From: an uncultured Gemmatimonadota bacterium
GTDB lineage: Bacteria; JAAXHH01
Direction of reading: 5' to 3'
Assembly (NCBI GenBank): GCA_951812955.1
Contig: OX638340.1
Span: forward strand, 2,336,001 to 2,400,000
Length of the DNA stretch: 64,000 nucleotides
Made by a program: the position numbers and the translations under genes. This document shows, piece after piece, positions 47,158 through 56,774 of this stretch; the stretch's first letter is position 1; each line of letters opens with the position of its first letter. The notes under the pieces were generated by a model. It ran no database searches, was not told the origin of the DNA, and saw only the letters and a program-made list of their open reading frames with translations.

Positions 47158-48825
47158 GTGTCAAGGGATTTCACCGGTAAAAGGGTTACCGTACTGGGCC
47201 TCGGCGTGCTATCGGGCGGCGTCGCTTCCGCGCGGTATTTCGCCGAGCGGGGCGCGGACGTCACCGTTACGGATCTGCAGCCGGCAGAAGCGCTTCGGAA
47301 GTCCATCGACGCGCTCGCGCCATGGCCGGTCCGCTACGTGCTCGGTGAGCACCTCGATGAGGACATTACCGGAGCGGACCTCGTGGTGGTCGGCCCCGCC
47401 GTCCGGGACGACAGTCCCTTCCTCCGGCTGGCGCGGGACCGGGGCATTCCGCTGACCACCGAAACGAACCTGGTCTTCGAGAACTGCAGACGGCCCATCA
47501 TCGGCATTACGGGCAGCAACGGGAAGACCACGACCACCCGCCTTATCGGGGCGATGTTCCATGCGGTCGACCCGGCTACGCTCGTGGGCGGAAACATCGG
47601 CCGGTCCGTGCTCAACGAGCTTGCGGATCTGGACGTTGCAGATGGCCAGGACGAGGCGTCAGGTCCCGGCGCAACGCCCGGAACTTGCCCTGGTGCGACG
47701 CCCGGCGCCGGAAGCACTCGGGTCAGGCCGACAGATGAAAGCCCCGTGATTCTCGAGCTGTCCAGCTTCCAGCTTCACCGCCTGGCCTGGATCCGGCAAA
47801 GCCCCGGTGTGGCCGTGGTGACGAACCTGTCTCCGAATCACCTGGACTGGCACGGTACCTTCGACGCCTACGAAGAGGCCAAGCAACACATCGTGCATTA
47901 CCAGTCGCCGGAAGACGTGGTCGTCCTGAACGCCGATGATGAGCGGCTGCGCGGGTGGGCGGCGTGCTGTCCGGGACGGATAGCCTGGTTCAGCATGGAG
48001 GGACCGGTCGAGACCGGATGCTACGTGCGGGAAGGACAGGTAGTCTACCGCGGCCCAGCGGAGGGAAGTGGCGTATCGGAAAGTAGTGACGCATCGGAAG
48101 AACACGGCCCGGTGGACGGGCACGATTCAGCGGACGGAGGCGGTCCGGCCGAACGCGGCCTGCCAGGCGAGCGCGTCGTGTGTCCCGTGGACGCCCTCCG
48201 GCTCCCGGGTCCGCACAACCGGGCCAACCTGCTGGCCGCCGTGACGGCTGCGAGCCTGTGGGGGATCCCGGCATCGGTCATCCGGTCGACGGTCGAGGCG
48301 TTCCGCGGCGTGGAACATCGCCTGGAAGAAGTGGCCGTAATCGATGGCGTGGGGTACTATAACGATTCGGCCTGCACCACGCCGGCTTCGACGATCACGG
48401 CCCTCCGGGCTTTCGACGCACCAGTGGTCCTGATCGCAGGCGGGTACGACAAGGGTATGTCGTTCGACGGCATGGCATCGGTACTCGTCCGCCGCGCCCG
48501 GGCGGCCGTCCTGATCGGCGCGACCGCGGATGCGATCGAGGCAGCGATCGGGAAAGCCGGGGTGGCTCATGCGGCTGGCGGGAAAGCCAACGCGGCTCAT
48601 GCGACCGGCGGGAAAACCGGTACAACGGACGCACTGACCATCGCCCGTTCCGATTCGCTCGATGACGCCGTGCGGCAGAGCGCCGGCCTGGCGCGGCCTG
48701 GAGACGTGGTGGTGTTGTCACCCGGCTGTGCGAGTTACGACATGTTCACCAACTACGAGGAACGCGGACGGCGGTTCAAGGAAGCCGTGGCCGCGCTGGC
48801 GCGAAACGCGGACGGTAACGCGTAG
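47158..48825 (+). CDS. murD: Mur ligase family, UDP-N-acetylmuramoylalanine--D-glutamate ligase-like
   Basis: GKRVTVLGLG...SG and GITGSNGKTTTT P-loop motifs. Low-complexity inserts (GPGATPGTCPGATPGAG; GKAGVAHAAGGKANAAHATGGKTG). GTG start. Not in a dcw cluster. Confidence 0.6.
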   Translation: MSRDFTGKRVTVLGLGVLSGGVASARYFAERGADVTVTDLQPAEALRKSIDALAPWPVRYVLGEHLDEDITGADLVVVGPAVRDDSPFLRLARDRGIPLTTETNLVFENCRRPIIGITGSNGKTTTTRLIGAMFHAVDPATLVGGNIGRSVLNELADLDVADGQDEASGPGATPGTCPGATPGAGSTRVRPTDESPVILELSSFQLHRLAWIRQSPGVAVVTNLSPNHLDWHGTFDAYEEAKQHIVHYQSPEDVVVLNADDERLRGWAACCPGRIAWFSMEGPVETGCYVREGQVVYRGPAEGSGVSESSDASEEHGPVDGHDSADGGGPAERGLPGERVVCPVDALRLPGPHNRANLLAAVTAASLWGIPASVIRSTVEAFRGVEHRLEEVAVIDGVGYYNDSACTTPASTITALRAFDAPVVLIAGGYDKGMSFDGMASVLVRRARAAVLIGATADAIEAAIGKAGVAHAAGGKANAAHATGGKTGTTDALTIARSDSLDDAVRQSAGLARPGDVVVLSPGCASYDMFTNYEERGRRFKEAVAALARNADGNA

Positions 48826-48865
48826 CATCGAATAATCCGGAAATACAGCACCTGGAGGATCCGGC

Positions 48866-49717
48866 ATGGCCATAGAAACCGTGGGCGTCATCGGATGTGG
48901 GCTGATGGGGGCGGGCATCACGCAGGTTTGCGCCGAGGCGGGGTACCGGACGATCGTCCGCGAGGCGTCAGGCGAATTGGTAAGCGGAGGCATCAGCCGA
49001 ATCGACGGCGTCCTGTCGCGCAACGTATCTAAGGGGAAGATGTCGGCAGACGAAAAGGCGGCCGTACTCGGACGCATCACGGGCACCACCGAATTCGACG
49101 ATCTGGCCGATTGCGACCTGGTGATCGAAGCGGTCACCGAGAACCTGGAAACCAAGCAGGAGGTCTTCCGGATCCTGGACGGCATCGCCTCGCCGGAGGC
49201 CATCCTGGCCAGCAACACCTCATCCATCTCCATCACCGAACTGGCTTCGGCGACGGACCGGCCGGAGCAGGTCCTGGGACTGCATTTCTTCAATCCCGTG
49301 CCCGTGATGCTGCTTATCGAGATGGTCATCGGACTGCAGACCAGCGAGAAGACCGTGGCAACGGCCCGGCAGTTCGGAGAATCACTGGGCAAGCAGGTGA
49401 TCGAAGTCAGGGACACGCCCGGTTTCATCGTAAACTACCTCCTCATCCCGTACCTGCTCGACGCCGTGCGGCTGGTCGAATCGGGCGTGGCTACGAAGGA
49501 GGATATCGACGCGGGAATGGTCCTGGGGTGCATTCACCCGCTCGGTCCGCTCAAGCTCCTCGACTTCATCGGACTGGACACCACGCTGTACATCGCGGAA
49601 GTGCTCTACGACGCCTTCCGCACCGACCGGTACGCCGCACCGCCTCTGCTCCGTCAGATGGTCTCCGCCGGCATGAACGGGCGCAAGAGCGGGCGGGGGT
49701 TCTACGGGTATGGTTGA
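48866..49717 (+). CDS. hbd: 3-hydroxybutyryl-CoA dehydrogenase
   Basis: VGVIGCGLMGAGI NAD-binding motif plus a C-terminal 3HCDH domain. SD GGAGGAT. Confidence 0.8.
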   Translation: MAIETVGVIGCGLMGAGITQVCAEAGYRTIVREASGELVSGGISRIDGVLSRNVSKGKMSADEKAAVLGRITGTTEFDDLADCDLVIEAVTENLETKQEVFRILDGIASPEAILASNTSSISITELASATDRPEQVLGLHFFNPVPVMLLIEMVIGLQTSEKTVATARQFGESLGKQVIEVRDTPGFIVNYLLIPYLLDAVRLVESGVATKEDIDAGMVLGCIHPLGPLKLLDFIGLDTTLYIAEVLYDAFRTDRYAAPPLLRQMVSAGMNGRKSGRGFYGYG

Positions 49718-49752
49718 ACTGCGCAAAGGGTATGATTGAACTGCGCAAAGCC
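49706..49752. repeat. 22-bp tandem duplicate of the hbd 3' end, including the stop
   Basis: GTATGGTTGAACTGCGCAAAGG and GTATGATTGAACTGCGCAAAGCC. The real stop is at 49715-49717. Confidence 0.75.
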
Positions 49753-49807
49753 GATCAATCCGGACGTAGAACGTGTGGAAGGCAATGTCGATCGAGCGGT
49801 GTGTGTC

Positions 49808-49857
49808 GTCGATTGGATCTGAGTCGATTGGATCTGTTTCACCTGTACAATTGTACA
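49808..49857. repeat. 15-bp tandem x2 (GTCGATTGGATCTGA) followed by the 14-bp perfect palindrome TGTACAATTGTACA (49844-49857)
   Basis: In the intergenic region upstream of the M24 peptidase. The palindrome is a candidate operator. Confidence 0.6.
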
Positions 49858-49939
49858 ATACATGCTGCTGCAGGTATGGTGCCTGCAGGTGTTTTATTAC
49901 GAATTTAGCAGGACAGAACCCAAAGCGAGAGGCATTTGG

Positions 49940-51079
49940 ATGAACGCTACACCCGATAACGAGGCCGTTCTGCTCATCGCGGACAGCGAAAGCAGTGCCG
50001 ACATGCTGTACGCTACGGGGCTGTTCGTGCCGGACCCTTTTACCTACCTGCGGGTGGGCGGCCGGTCGACCATCATGATGAGCGACCTGGAGATCGACCG
50101 TGCACGAGCCCAGTCGAAGGTCGATGAAGTAGTATCGCTCACGGACTACACGGACCGTGCGAAGACAAACGGAAAGGCGGACCCACGAATTGTGGACGCC
50201 GTCATCGAGTTGCTCCGGGACCGGGAAGTGAAGGGCGTCAGGGTGCCGTACGGCTTCCCCCTGGGGTACGCGGATAAACTACGGGATCGAGGATTCGAGG
50301 TGGCGGCGAAGGAGGATCCCTTCTGGGACGAGCGGCCGGTGAAATCCGACGACGAGGTGGCGGCCATCTCGGAGGTCTCCCGGTACACGGAAGACGCCCT
50401 GCGCATGGCCTTTGGATTGCTCGCCGAGGCCGATGTGAAGGACGGCGTTCTCCACGGTCCGGAAGGTCCGTTGACTTCCGAGTATATCCGTACGCGCATC
50501 CACGTATTTCTGCTGGAACGGGATTGCATCGCCCAACACACCATCGTCGCGGGGGGCGTCCAGGGATGCGACCCCCACAACGGAGGTTCCGGTCCGCTGC
50601 GCGCCGGCGAGCCCATCATCTTCGACCTCTTTCCCAAGTCCACGAAGACGGGCTATTTCGCCGACATCACCCGCACAGTGGCGAAGGGTCCGGTATCCGA
50701 TGCGTTCCGACGGCTATACGATACGGTGCTGGAAGGTCAGGAAACCGCGCTCTCCAGAGTACGGGCCGGGGTGGACGGCCAGGAGATCCACGGGGAAGTG
50801 GAACGGCTGTTCGAAAGCAGCGGCTACGAGACAGGCGCGAAGGACGGACGCATGCAGGGCTTCTTCCACGGCACGGGCCACGGCTTCGGCCTGGAGATCC
50901 ATGAACCGCCCCGCATCTCAAAGGTATCTCAGACCCTCGTTGCCGGACACGTCGTGACCGTGGAACCGGGTCTGTACTACCCCGGCTTCGGCGGCGGCGT
51001 TCGGATCGAGGACAATGTGGTCGTTACCGAGGATGGATGCGTCAACCTGACGCGGCTGGAGAAGGTATTCGAGATGTAA
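49940..51079 (+). CDS. M24-family metallopeptidase (Xaa-Pro aminopeptidase/creatinase-like)
   Basis: The ATG at 49940 has GAGAGG upstream. Pita-bread fold with metal ligands D..D..H..E..E (HGTGHGFGLEIHE). Confidence 0.7.
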   Translation: MNATPDNEAVLLIADSESSADMLYATGLFVPDPFTYLRVGGRSTIMMSDLEIDRARAQSKVDEVVSLTDYTDRAKTNGKADPRIVDAVIELLRDREVKGVRVPYGFPLGYADKLRDRGFEVAAKEDPFWDERPVKSDDEVAAISEVSRYTEDALRMAFGLLAEADVKDGVLHGPEGPLTSEYIRTRIHVFLLERDCIAQHTIVAGGVQGCDPHNGGSGPLRAGEPIIFDLFPKSTKTGYFADITRTVAKGPVSDAFRRLYDTVLEGQETALSRVRAGVDGQEIHGEVERLFESSGYETGAKDGRMQGFFHGTGHGFGLEIHEPPRISKVSQTLVAGHVVTVEPGLYYPGFGGGVRIEDNVVVTEDGCVNLTRLEKVFEM

Positions 51080-51098
51080 AGCAGACAAGCCCGATACG

Positions 51099-51716
51099 CT
51101 AAGCAATAGACGTAAGAAAACTGCGCACATCACCCAGAACGGGATGATCCAGATCCCAGTAACCGTTCTTCGCCGCCACACCTACGGATACGTGAGGGTC
51201 CGGCTTTGTAGCCAAGTATGCGTGGGCACGGGCTTTATATGGTCTGTCTACGGACAGGCCAGGTATCGCTTTGACACAATTTAAAAAGTCGTCGATACAC
51301 TGATCCTCTGGTTTGTCTTTGAAACTTTCGCATAGAAGTGTCTCCAGCATACCCGGACGATTGTCGCCAGGCAAAATCAACACCGTCACTTTCGGACTGG
51401 TATCGGTAGGAAAACCAGGTTGCGCAGGTAAAGGTAAATCTGCATTTTCCAAGGACGATCTAACACTTTGGAACGCACTCACGGCGCATGTCTCCGCATC
51501 GCGAACGATGCCGATACTTCGCACGTTTGATTCGAAACCCGACGATGCCACGATGGCACTAAGGAACCCGCGGAGTCCAGTCACGCCACCAAAATCGTGA
51601 ATCTGGATATCCACTTGTTCTAGAGACAAGTGCTCAATGAACGCTTCGAAAAAGTTAAACTCGTCCCTGCCCTCCACAAGAAGCTGGGTTTCCGATTCGA
51701 TTTGTATTCGCGCCAT
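51099..51716 (-). CDS. DUF4276/RloB-like (Toprim-like) protein, putative nuclease partner
   Basis: The start at 51716 lies 1 nt after the ATPase stop. The N-terminal LLVEGRDEFNFF resembles the DUF4276/Toprim VEGxxE motif. Low GC. Confidence 0.5.
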   Translation of the reverse strand: MARIQIESETQLLVEGRDEFNFFEAFIEHLSLEQVDIQIHDFGGVTGLRGFLSAIVASSGFESNVRSIGIVRDAETCAVSAFQSVRSSLENADLPLPAQPGFPTDTSPKVTVLILPGDNRPGMLETLLCESFKDKPEDQCIDDFLNCVKAIPGLSVDRPYKARAHAYLATKPDPHVSVGVAAKNGYWDLDHPVLGDVRSFLTSIA

Positions 51717-51717
51717 A

Positions 51718-52755
51718 TTAACGAACATCCAGGCCGTGTTGAACGGCAGCGTCGATGGACTCGTGCTCATAGGTAACGCAACGAATCATTTCCTCTACGT
51801 ATTCGAGCCTGTGCAGACTGAACCTATCGGCACTCAATGCTTCATGGGCCGCCTCCACGCATTCTTGGCTGTGAGTGGTCGCAAATACCTGTACGTGGAA
51901 AAGTTTGGCCGCTTCATCTACCGCTCGCCAGACGTCAGCAAGAACGGAGTGATGAAGGCCGTTTTCGATCTCGTCCACGAGTACGAGACCATTCGGCGTG
52001 GTGCCTATGGCAAGGACGAAGCGAGCGATTTGTGTCATGCCTTCACCCATAGATGGCAGAGGTATTAGTTCGCTCAACCCGATGTCGCCCCATATCATGG
52101 GCGAACCGTTTGAGTAAATGACTTCGATGCTTTCCAGTCTAGGTTCAACGGCTTTCATCGCACTTAAAAGTATATCTCCCCGCTTGTGCCTTCTCAGGTT
52201 TGCAAGTCTGGACGCATCATCGTGCAGGCTCCTTTTTAATCGCGGAAGGAGAATGATCGCCGGAAATTGAAAGCCATGAGTTGGTTGCTCTATTTCAAAC
52301 TTATCCCCTCTAATGTGAATGTGACTGTCGGTACCAACACCTGAATTATCGAAATACGTGAAGGTCAACGTACAATCATCAGAATAATCCATTCCCGGGC
52401 GATCTAAGGGAACTTCGGTTTGGGGCTGCCACGACGACGAAATCTGTAATTCCATTTCACCATACGTTGAATGTGTTCCTGCTATCTCGATGGTACTCCC
52501 CGTATCCAACCTGTTAAAAAGCTGATCCCAGACATTCCATCCCGATTCACCGAGGGTTCCTTGTTCCAGACCACGGACGACATGAGGATCTGATGCCATT
52601 CGCGCATTTCCAGCGCTTCCCAGCAGGAATACAGCCTCGAGCAAACTGGTCTTCCCCGAGTTGTTCTTGCCAGCAATGAGATTGATATCGCTCAGGCGGT
52701 TAACTTCGAGTCTGTTGAAGCAGCGGAAACCATGTATCCGCAAGCTTTCTATCAT
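51718..52755 (-). CDS. AAA_21/ABC-type ATPase (RloA/AbiL-i-like)
   Basis: Walker A GKNNSGKTSLLEA, Walker B LVLVDEIENGLH, and ATTHS. 345 aa. Visibly lower GC than the flanks. Confidence 0.65.
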   Translation of the reverse strand: MIESLRIHGFRCFNRLEVNRLSDINLIAGKNNSGKTSLLEAVFLLGSAGNARMASDPHVVRGLEQGTLGESGWNVWDQLFNRLDTGSTIEIAGTHSTYGEMELQISSSWQPQTEVPLDRPGMDYSDDCTLTFTYFDNSGVGTDSHIHIRGDKFEIEQPTHGFQFPAIILLPRLKRSLHDDASRLANLRRHKRGDILLSAMKAVEPRLESIEVIYSNGSPMIWGDIGLSELIPLPSMGEGMTQIARFVLAIGTTPNGLVLVDEIENGLHHSVLADVWRAVDEAAKLFHVQVFATTHSQECVEAAHEALSADRFSLHRLEYVEEMIRCVTYEHESIDAAVQHGLDVR

Positions 52756-52980
52756 TATGATTACTCCATCTGCATCAGATGTTCCGATCCGTTCGGGGAA
52801 AACAGGGACTCCTTTAAAAGATCTCTTGTAACATACATAGTACCGGATTCGCTAGAAAAACCAAATCTTTCCTGGACTATTCTACTCTGTACTGAATACC
52901 CGACTTCGCAGCGCACTTTCAGCGTCTGGAAGTGGGATCAGGCAAGGTAAGTCACGATCTTCCAGACGCCATTTCCGGCT

Positions 52981-54306
52981 TCAATCCACCAGCGCCTGGT
53001 AGATAAGCGCCCGAATGCGTTGGTGGTCGTCGAGACCCTGGGCCGGGATGACCTGCGTCATGTACGAAACCACCAGTTCTTCCGCCGGATCGACCCAATA
53101 CGTGGAGTGATACGCCCCGCCCCAGGTGTACGTCCCCGGTGAACCCGGCAACCCGCTCCAGCCGATCTCCTCCGTGATGCCGAACCCCAGGCCGAAACCG
53201 CCGCCGTCTCCCTGCCACGCGTCGTGGACGTGATCGACAGTCATGAGTTCCACGGTCTTGGGCGACAGGATTCGCACTCCGTCCAGCGTGCCCCCGCGGC
53301 GCAACGCCTCGAGGAATCGGGCATAATCTCCCGGTGTGGAGACGAGTCCCGCGCCGCCCGAGAAGCTCTTGCGCGGTCCTTCCAGATACATGCCCTGCCC
53401 GACCATGTGGCCCGGGTCGGGCGCACGCGCCATCCCATTTTCCTCCGTCACCGAGTAAACGACGGTGAGGCGGTCCGCTTTCTCAGGTGGCACGTAGAAG
53501 TGCGTATCCACCATGCCCAGCGGCTCGATAATCTCGACCCGCAGAAATTCGTCCAGCGACATCCCGGAAGCCCGCTCGATCACCACGCCCAGGATATCCG
53601 TGGCGTAGCCGTATACAAACTTCTCGCCCGGATGAGCATCCATGGGCAGATTCCCCATGCGCTCCACGGTATCGGCAATTGGTTCGTCGCGATCGGCGAA
53701 ATACCAGCCCTCTATGCCGGCCTCCTCCCAGCGCTCGGTGCCGGGGCCCCAGCCATACCCGATTCCGGCGGTGTGCGTAAGCAGGTCGCGCACCGTGATC
53801 TTGCGATCGGCGGGAACTGTCTCGAATCCCCCATCCTCATTGCTCACGGCGACGGTCGTACTGTCGAACTCGGGGATAAAGTCACCCAGGTCCTGGTCGA
53901 TCAGCAGGCGTCCTTTCTCCTGCAGTATCATCACACCCACCGAAATAACCGCCTTGGTCTGCGAAGCGATGCGGAAAAGGTCCGTAACCTCGAGCGGTTC
54001 CCCCGCCTCGCGGTCTCGATAGCCGAAGGCCCTGGCGTAAACCACATGCCCGCGCCGTCCGATCACGAGCGCGGCGCCCGGCAGCCGTTCTTCCTTGACG
54101 TACGCTTCAAGCGCCGCGTCGATGCGGGCAAGCCGTTCGGAAGAAACGCCCGCCTCCTCGGGGCTGGCCGGGGCGAAAGTCTGAGCAAAAGCCCGCGCCG
54201 CGTCGTGCGCGCAGAAGAGCAACGCCGCGAGCAGGGGAAGCAGCGGAAGCCGGTTGCGAAAGCGTCGTATTGACGACGAGGGTTTAACAGAACTCCACGT
54301 TAACAT
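52981..54306 (-). CDS. serine hydrolase (class C beta-lactamase/penicillin-binding-protein family), secreted
   Basis: Signal peptide and SxxK motif (IASQTKAV). 441 aa. Confidence 0.7.
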   Translation of the reverse strand: MLTWSSVKPSSSIRRFRNRLPLLPLLAALLFCAHDAARAFAQTFAPASPEEAGVSSERLARIDAALEAYVKEERLPGAALVIGRRGHVVYARAFGYRDREAGEPLEVTDLFRIASQTKAVISVGVMILQEKGRLLIDQDLGDFIPEFDSTTVAVSNEDGGFETVPADRKITVRDLLTHTAGIGYGWGPGTERWEEAGIEGWYFADRDEPIADTVERMGNLPMDAHPGEKFVYGYATDILGVVIERASGMSLDEFLRVEIIEPLGMVDTHFYVPPEKADRLTVVYSVTEENGMARAPDPGHMVGQGMYLEGPRKSFSGGAGLVSTPGDYARFLEALRRGGTLDGVRILSPKTVELMTVDHVHDAWQGDGGGFGLGFGITEEIGWSGLPGSPGTYTWGGAYHSTYWVDPAEELVVSYMTQVIPAQGLDDHQRIRALIYQALVD

Positions 54307-54408
54307 GACAATTAAATCCCTTCTCCACCTTGGTCATCGAAAGCGTCGCGTTCTCGAATGTCATCGTATACCACCATGATAAATACGTTCGCCGACAGTA
54401 AATAGTTG

Positions 54409-54507
54409 TTTCTTGTCCCTTTCCTGGCCTGCCGCCTGCTATACCTGGCCTGCAGCCTCGACTGCTATTCCTGCCCTGCCACCTGCTATTCCTGGCCGGA
54501 ACTGCCC
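54409..54507. repeat. ~21-26-bp degenerate tandem units x4 copying the fic 3' end, including the stop
   Basis: TTCCTGGCCTGCCGCCTGCTA-like units. CTATTCCTGGCC is the real stop (54486). CTATTCCTGCCC and CTATACCTGGCC are the upstream copies. Confidence 0.7.
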
Positions 54508-55433
54508 AATCTTTGATCCGTAGGTGTGCTTCGAGGCCGATCCTGTCCCCGGTTATCGAATGCCCTCCCGATCTTCCAGACCCCTTTCTCACGAAATGCG
54601 GGAATGGACTGCCGGCGGGCGGCGTTGGTTACGGCGGGCGCCGACAGGCCGTTCTGCCTGATGTAGTCCGAAAGCCGGATAATTTCTGCGCCTTTCAAGT
54701 AGCTCAACCACTTGTGCAGTGATTCCATTAGTCCAAGGAATACGATATTTTCCATAGCCTTAGTCGATGCGTTATCGCCATATTCCCTGAACGCCTGGTA
54801 GTACCTTTCCTTTTCGGAATTTCGAATGATGATACGCGGCAGACCGAGTTGCAGAAGCTGGAAATTCATGATGACCCGTCCCAGTCTGCCGTTTCCGTCA
54901 CAGAAGGGATGTATATATTCGAAAGCCAGATGAAAAAGTGCGATCTTATCCAGAAAGTAGGAATCCAGGTCGCTGACATAGTCGATCAGGAGATTGTCCA
55001 TCATGCGTTCCACGTGCTCGGGCTCGGGCGCAATATGCGTGCCCACTCGCACGTATTCGCCTTTCTGTCGGAATCGTCCGGCGATGGAATCATCGATGCC
55101 GCCAATCAGCATCTGATGGAATCCCAGGATAAGGGTCTCACTCAACTCGCTGTCTTTCGCCCTGCTACGTTTGTATTCCATGACCCGGGCAAGGTTCTTC
55201 GCCTCGTAGACTTCACGGATGGATACGTTGCGGGAGAGCATCTGTTCCAACAGGATCCGCTCTGTTTCTTCGAGCGACAGCGTGGAATTCTCGATGGCGT
55301 TCGAGTTGTATACGCCCTCGGGTATCTCAACCTCGTCGATCATGGACAAGAGCGAGTCCTTGCCCATTCGCAAGATGTCGAATTCACGCTTCAGCGATCG
55401 TATGCGGTTTTTCATTGGTCGTGTAGAGGGCAT
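54486..55433 (-). CDS. fic: Fic family protein (class II, autoinhibited AMPylator-type)
   Basis: HPFCDGNGRLGR Fic motif and an N-terminal SNAIEN inhibitory motif ((S/T)xxxE(G/N)). The start is at MPSTRP (55433). The AT-rich promoter region at 55434-55560 has low GC. Confidence 0.7.
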   Translation of the reverse strand: MPSTRPMKNRIRSLKREFDILRMGKDSLLSMIDEVEIPEGVYNSNAIENSTLSLEETERILLEQMLSRNVSIREVYEAKNLARVMEYKRSRAKDSELSETLILGFHQMLIGGIDDSIAGRFRQKGEYVRVGTHIAPEPEHVERMMDNLLIDYVSDLDSYFLDKIALFHLAFEYIHPFCDGNGRLGRVIMNFQLLQLGLPRIIIRNSEKERYYQAFREYGDNASTKAMENIVFLGLMESLHKWLSYLKGAEIIRLSDYIRQNGLSAPAVTNAARRQSIPAFREKGVWKIGRAFDNRGQDRPRSTPTDQRLGSSGQE

Positions 55434-55597
55434 ATAAGTTAAATTAGTATATTCACTTATTATTGTCAAAATAATGTGAATAATCTCGTACATATCGTTA
55501 TCATTAACTAATTTATTAGCAATATAGGTTAACATACTCCCAATCCTCCCGACCCGAGGCCCCGGGGGGATTTCCACCGGAGCGGAGGGCCATCCCC

Positions 55598-55653
55598 GGG
55601 GCATCCTCGAGGCCCTCCAAAGCGCCATCACTGGGGCATCCTCGAGGCCCTCC
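55598..55653. repeat. 21-bp GC-rich direct repeat x2 (GGGGCATCCTCGAGGCCCTCC, 35-bp period)
   Basis: Upstream of the GNAT gene at 55770. Confidence 0.75.
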
Positions 55654-55769
55654 CAGGCCGGGCTCCTCTCAATCCGATCCCGGTTCCATGCATCCAGCCG
55701 CGTGTTAAATCAGCCGCATGTTAATCAAGTAACCCGACAAAAAAGGCCATCCACCCAGGACCCGTTTCC

Positions 55770-56774
55770 ATGAAGATCATCACCCTCGAAATCGACCAGG
55801 CGGCTGCTCTGGCGGACTTCTACAACGAGCAATTCGCGGCCATGCCGTATTGCTATCCCGTCACGGAAGATGAATTCGAAACCGGTGTCTGGTGGCATGA
55901 GGAGCGGGACGGCGAGCCGTACGAAGACCTGTCGGACGAGTCGTTTCTAGTGGTGGAAGACGACGGCAATGTCGCGGGTTTTGCCCACGTGGCCGTCTGC
56001 CGCAAGGGCGAGGAGGACCACCGCATCGGCCTCCATCCGATCGAGGAGCTGTTGAAGGACCGGATCGGCCTTATCCGCTTTTTTCACTACCGGGCCGGTG
56101 CGCGGCCGGCAGGCCAGGCGCTCCTGGAAGCGGCGGAGGCCCACTTGCGAAGCTTCGGCATCGACCAGATTCGCGCCTTCAGTTACTTCGGATACCGGTT
56201 CTACCGCTTCTGTCACGCGTTCCAGTCCGACCGGATGGGCCACGTGGGCGCGCTGCTCAGTATGAACGACTACCGCATAACCCGGGGTATCATCCTCCTC
56301 GAGCTCCCGGACTTTGACGTACCGGATCCCGTATTGCCGGACGCCGGTGTGACCACGTGCTTCGAAATTCAGGCCGGGCGCGGCAGGCTGCCCAACATGG
56401 CATTCCAGCTTTTCCGCGGAGATCAGTGCATTGGCCAGGGATTCGCCCAGTCGCTAGGGGATTTCTGCCGGTCGTCCCAGGCGCAGGAAACCTTCTACAT
56501 ACCCTGGTTCTCCATCGAAGGAAGTCCGGTGGGAGGGCGCGTCAGCGAGGGGGAGCAGGGCAAGGGATTCGGACGGTACATGATGGAGGTCCTGCTGCGG
56601 GAGATGCGCCAGCTCGGTTACCGCCACGCCACCACCCAGGCGAACACGGGCAGTCCCCGGCCCATTCTTCTGTACACGAATATGGGATACGAGGTAGTGG
56701 ACACCAACTACCAGTATTTCAAGGACCTGGAGAAGGAAATCCCGCTGGAGGTTTTTAAAGAGGTCGGGTTTTAG
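55770..56774 (+). CDS. GNAT-family acetyltransferase (two-domain)
   Basis: C-terminal [17 protein letters not shown] is a GNAT motif A. 334 aa. Confidence 0.6.
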   Translation: MKIITLEIDQAAALADFYNEQFAAMPYCYPVTEDEFETGVWWHEERDGEPYEDLSDESFLVVEDDGNVAGFAHVAVCRKGEEDHRIGLHPIEELLKDRIGLIRFFHYRAGARPAGQALLEAAEAHLRSFGIDQIRAFSYFGYRFYRFCHAFQSDRMGHVGALLSMNDYRITRGIILLELPDFDVPDPVLPDAGVTTCFEIQAGRGRLPNMAFQLFRGDQCIGQGFAQSLGDFCRSSQAQETFYIPWFSIEGSPVGGRVSEGEQGKGFGRYMMEVLLREMRQLGYRHATTQANTGSPRPILLYTNMGYEVVDTNYQYFKDLEKEIPLEVFKEVGF

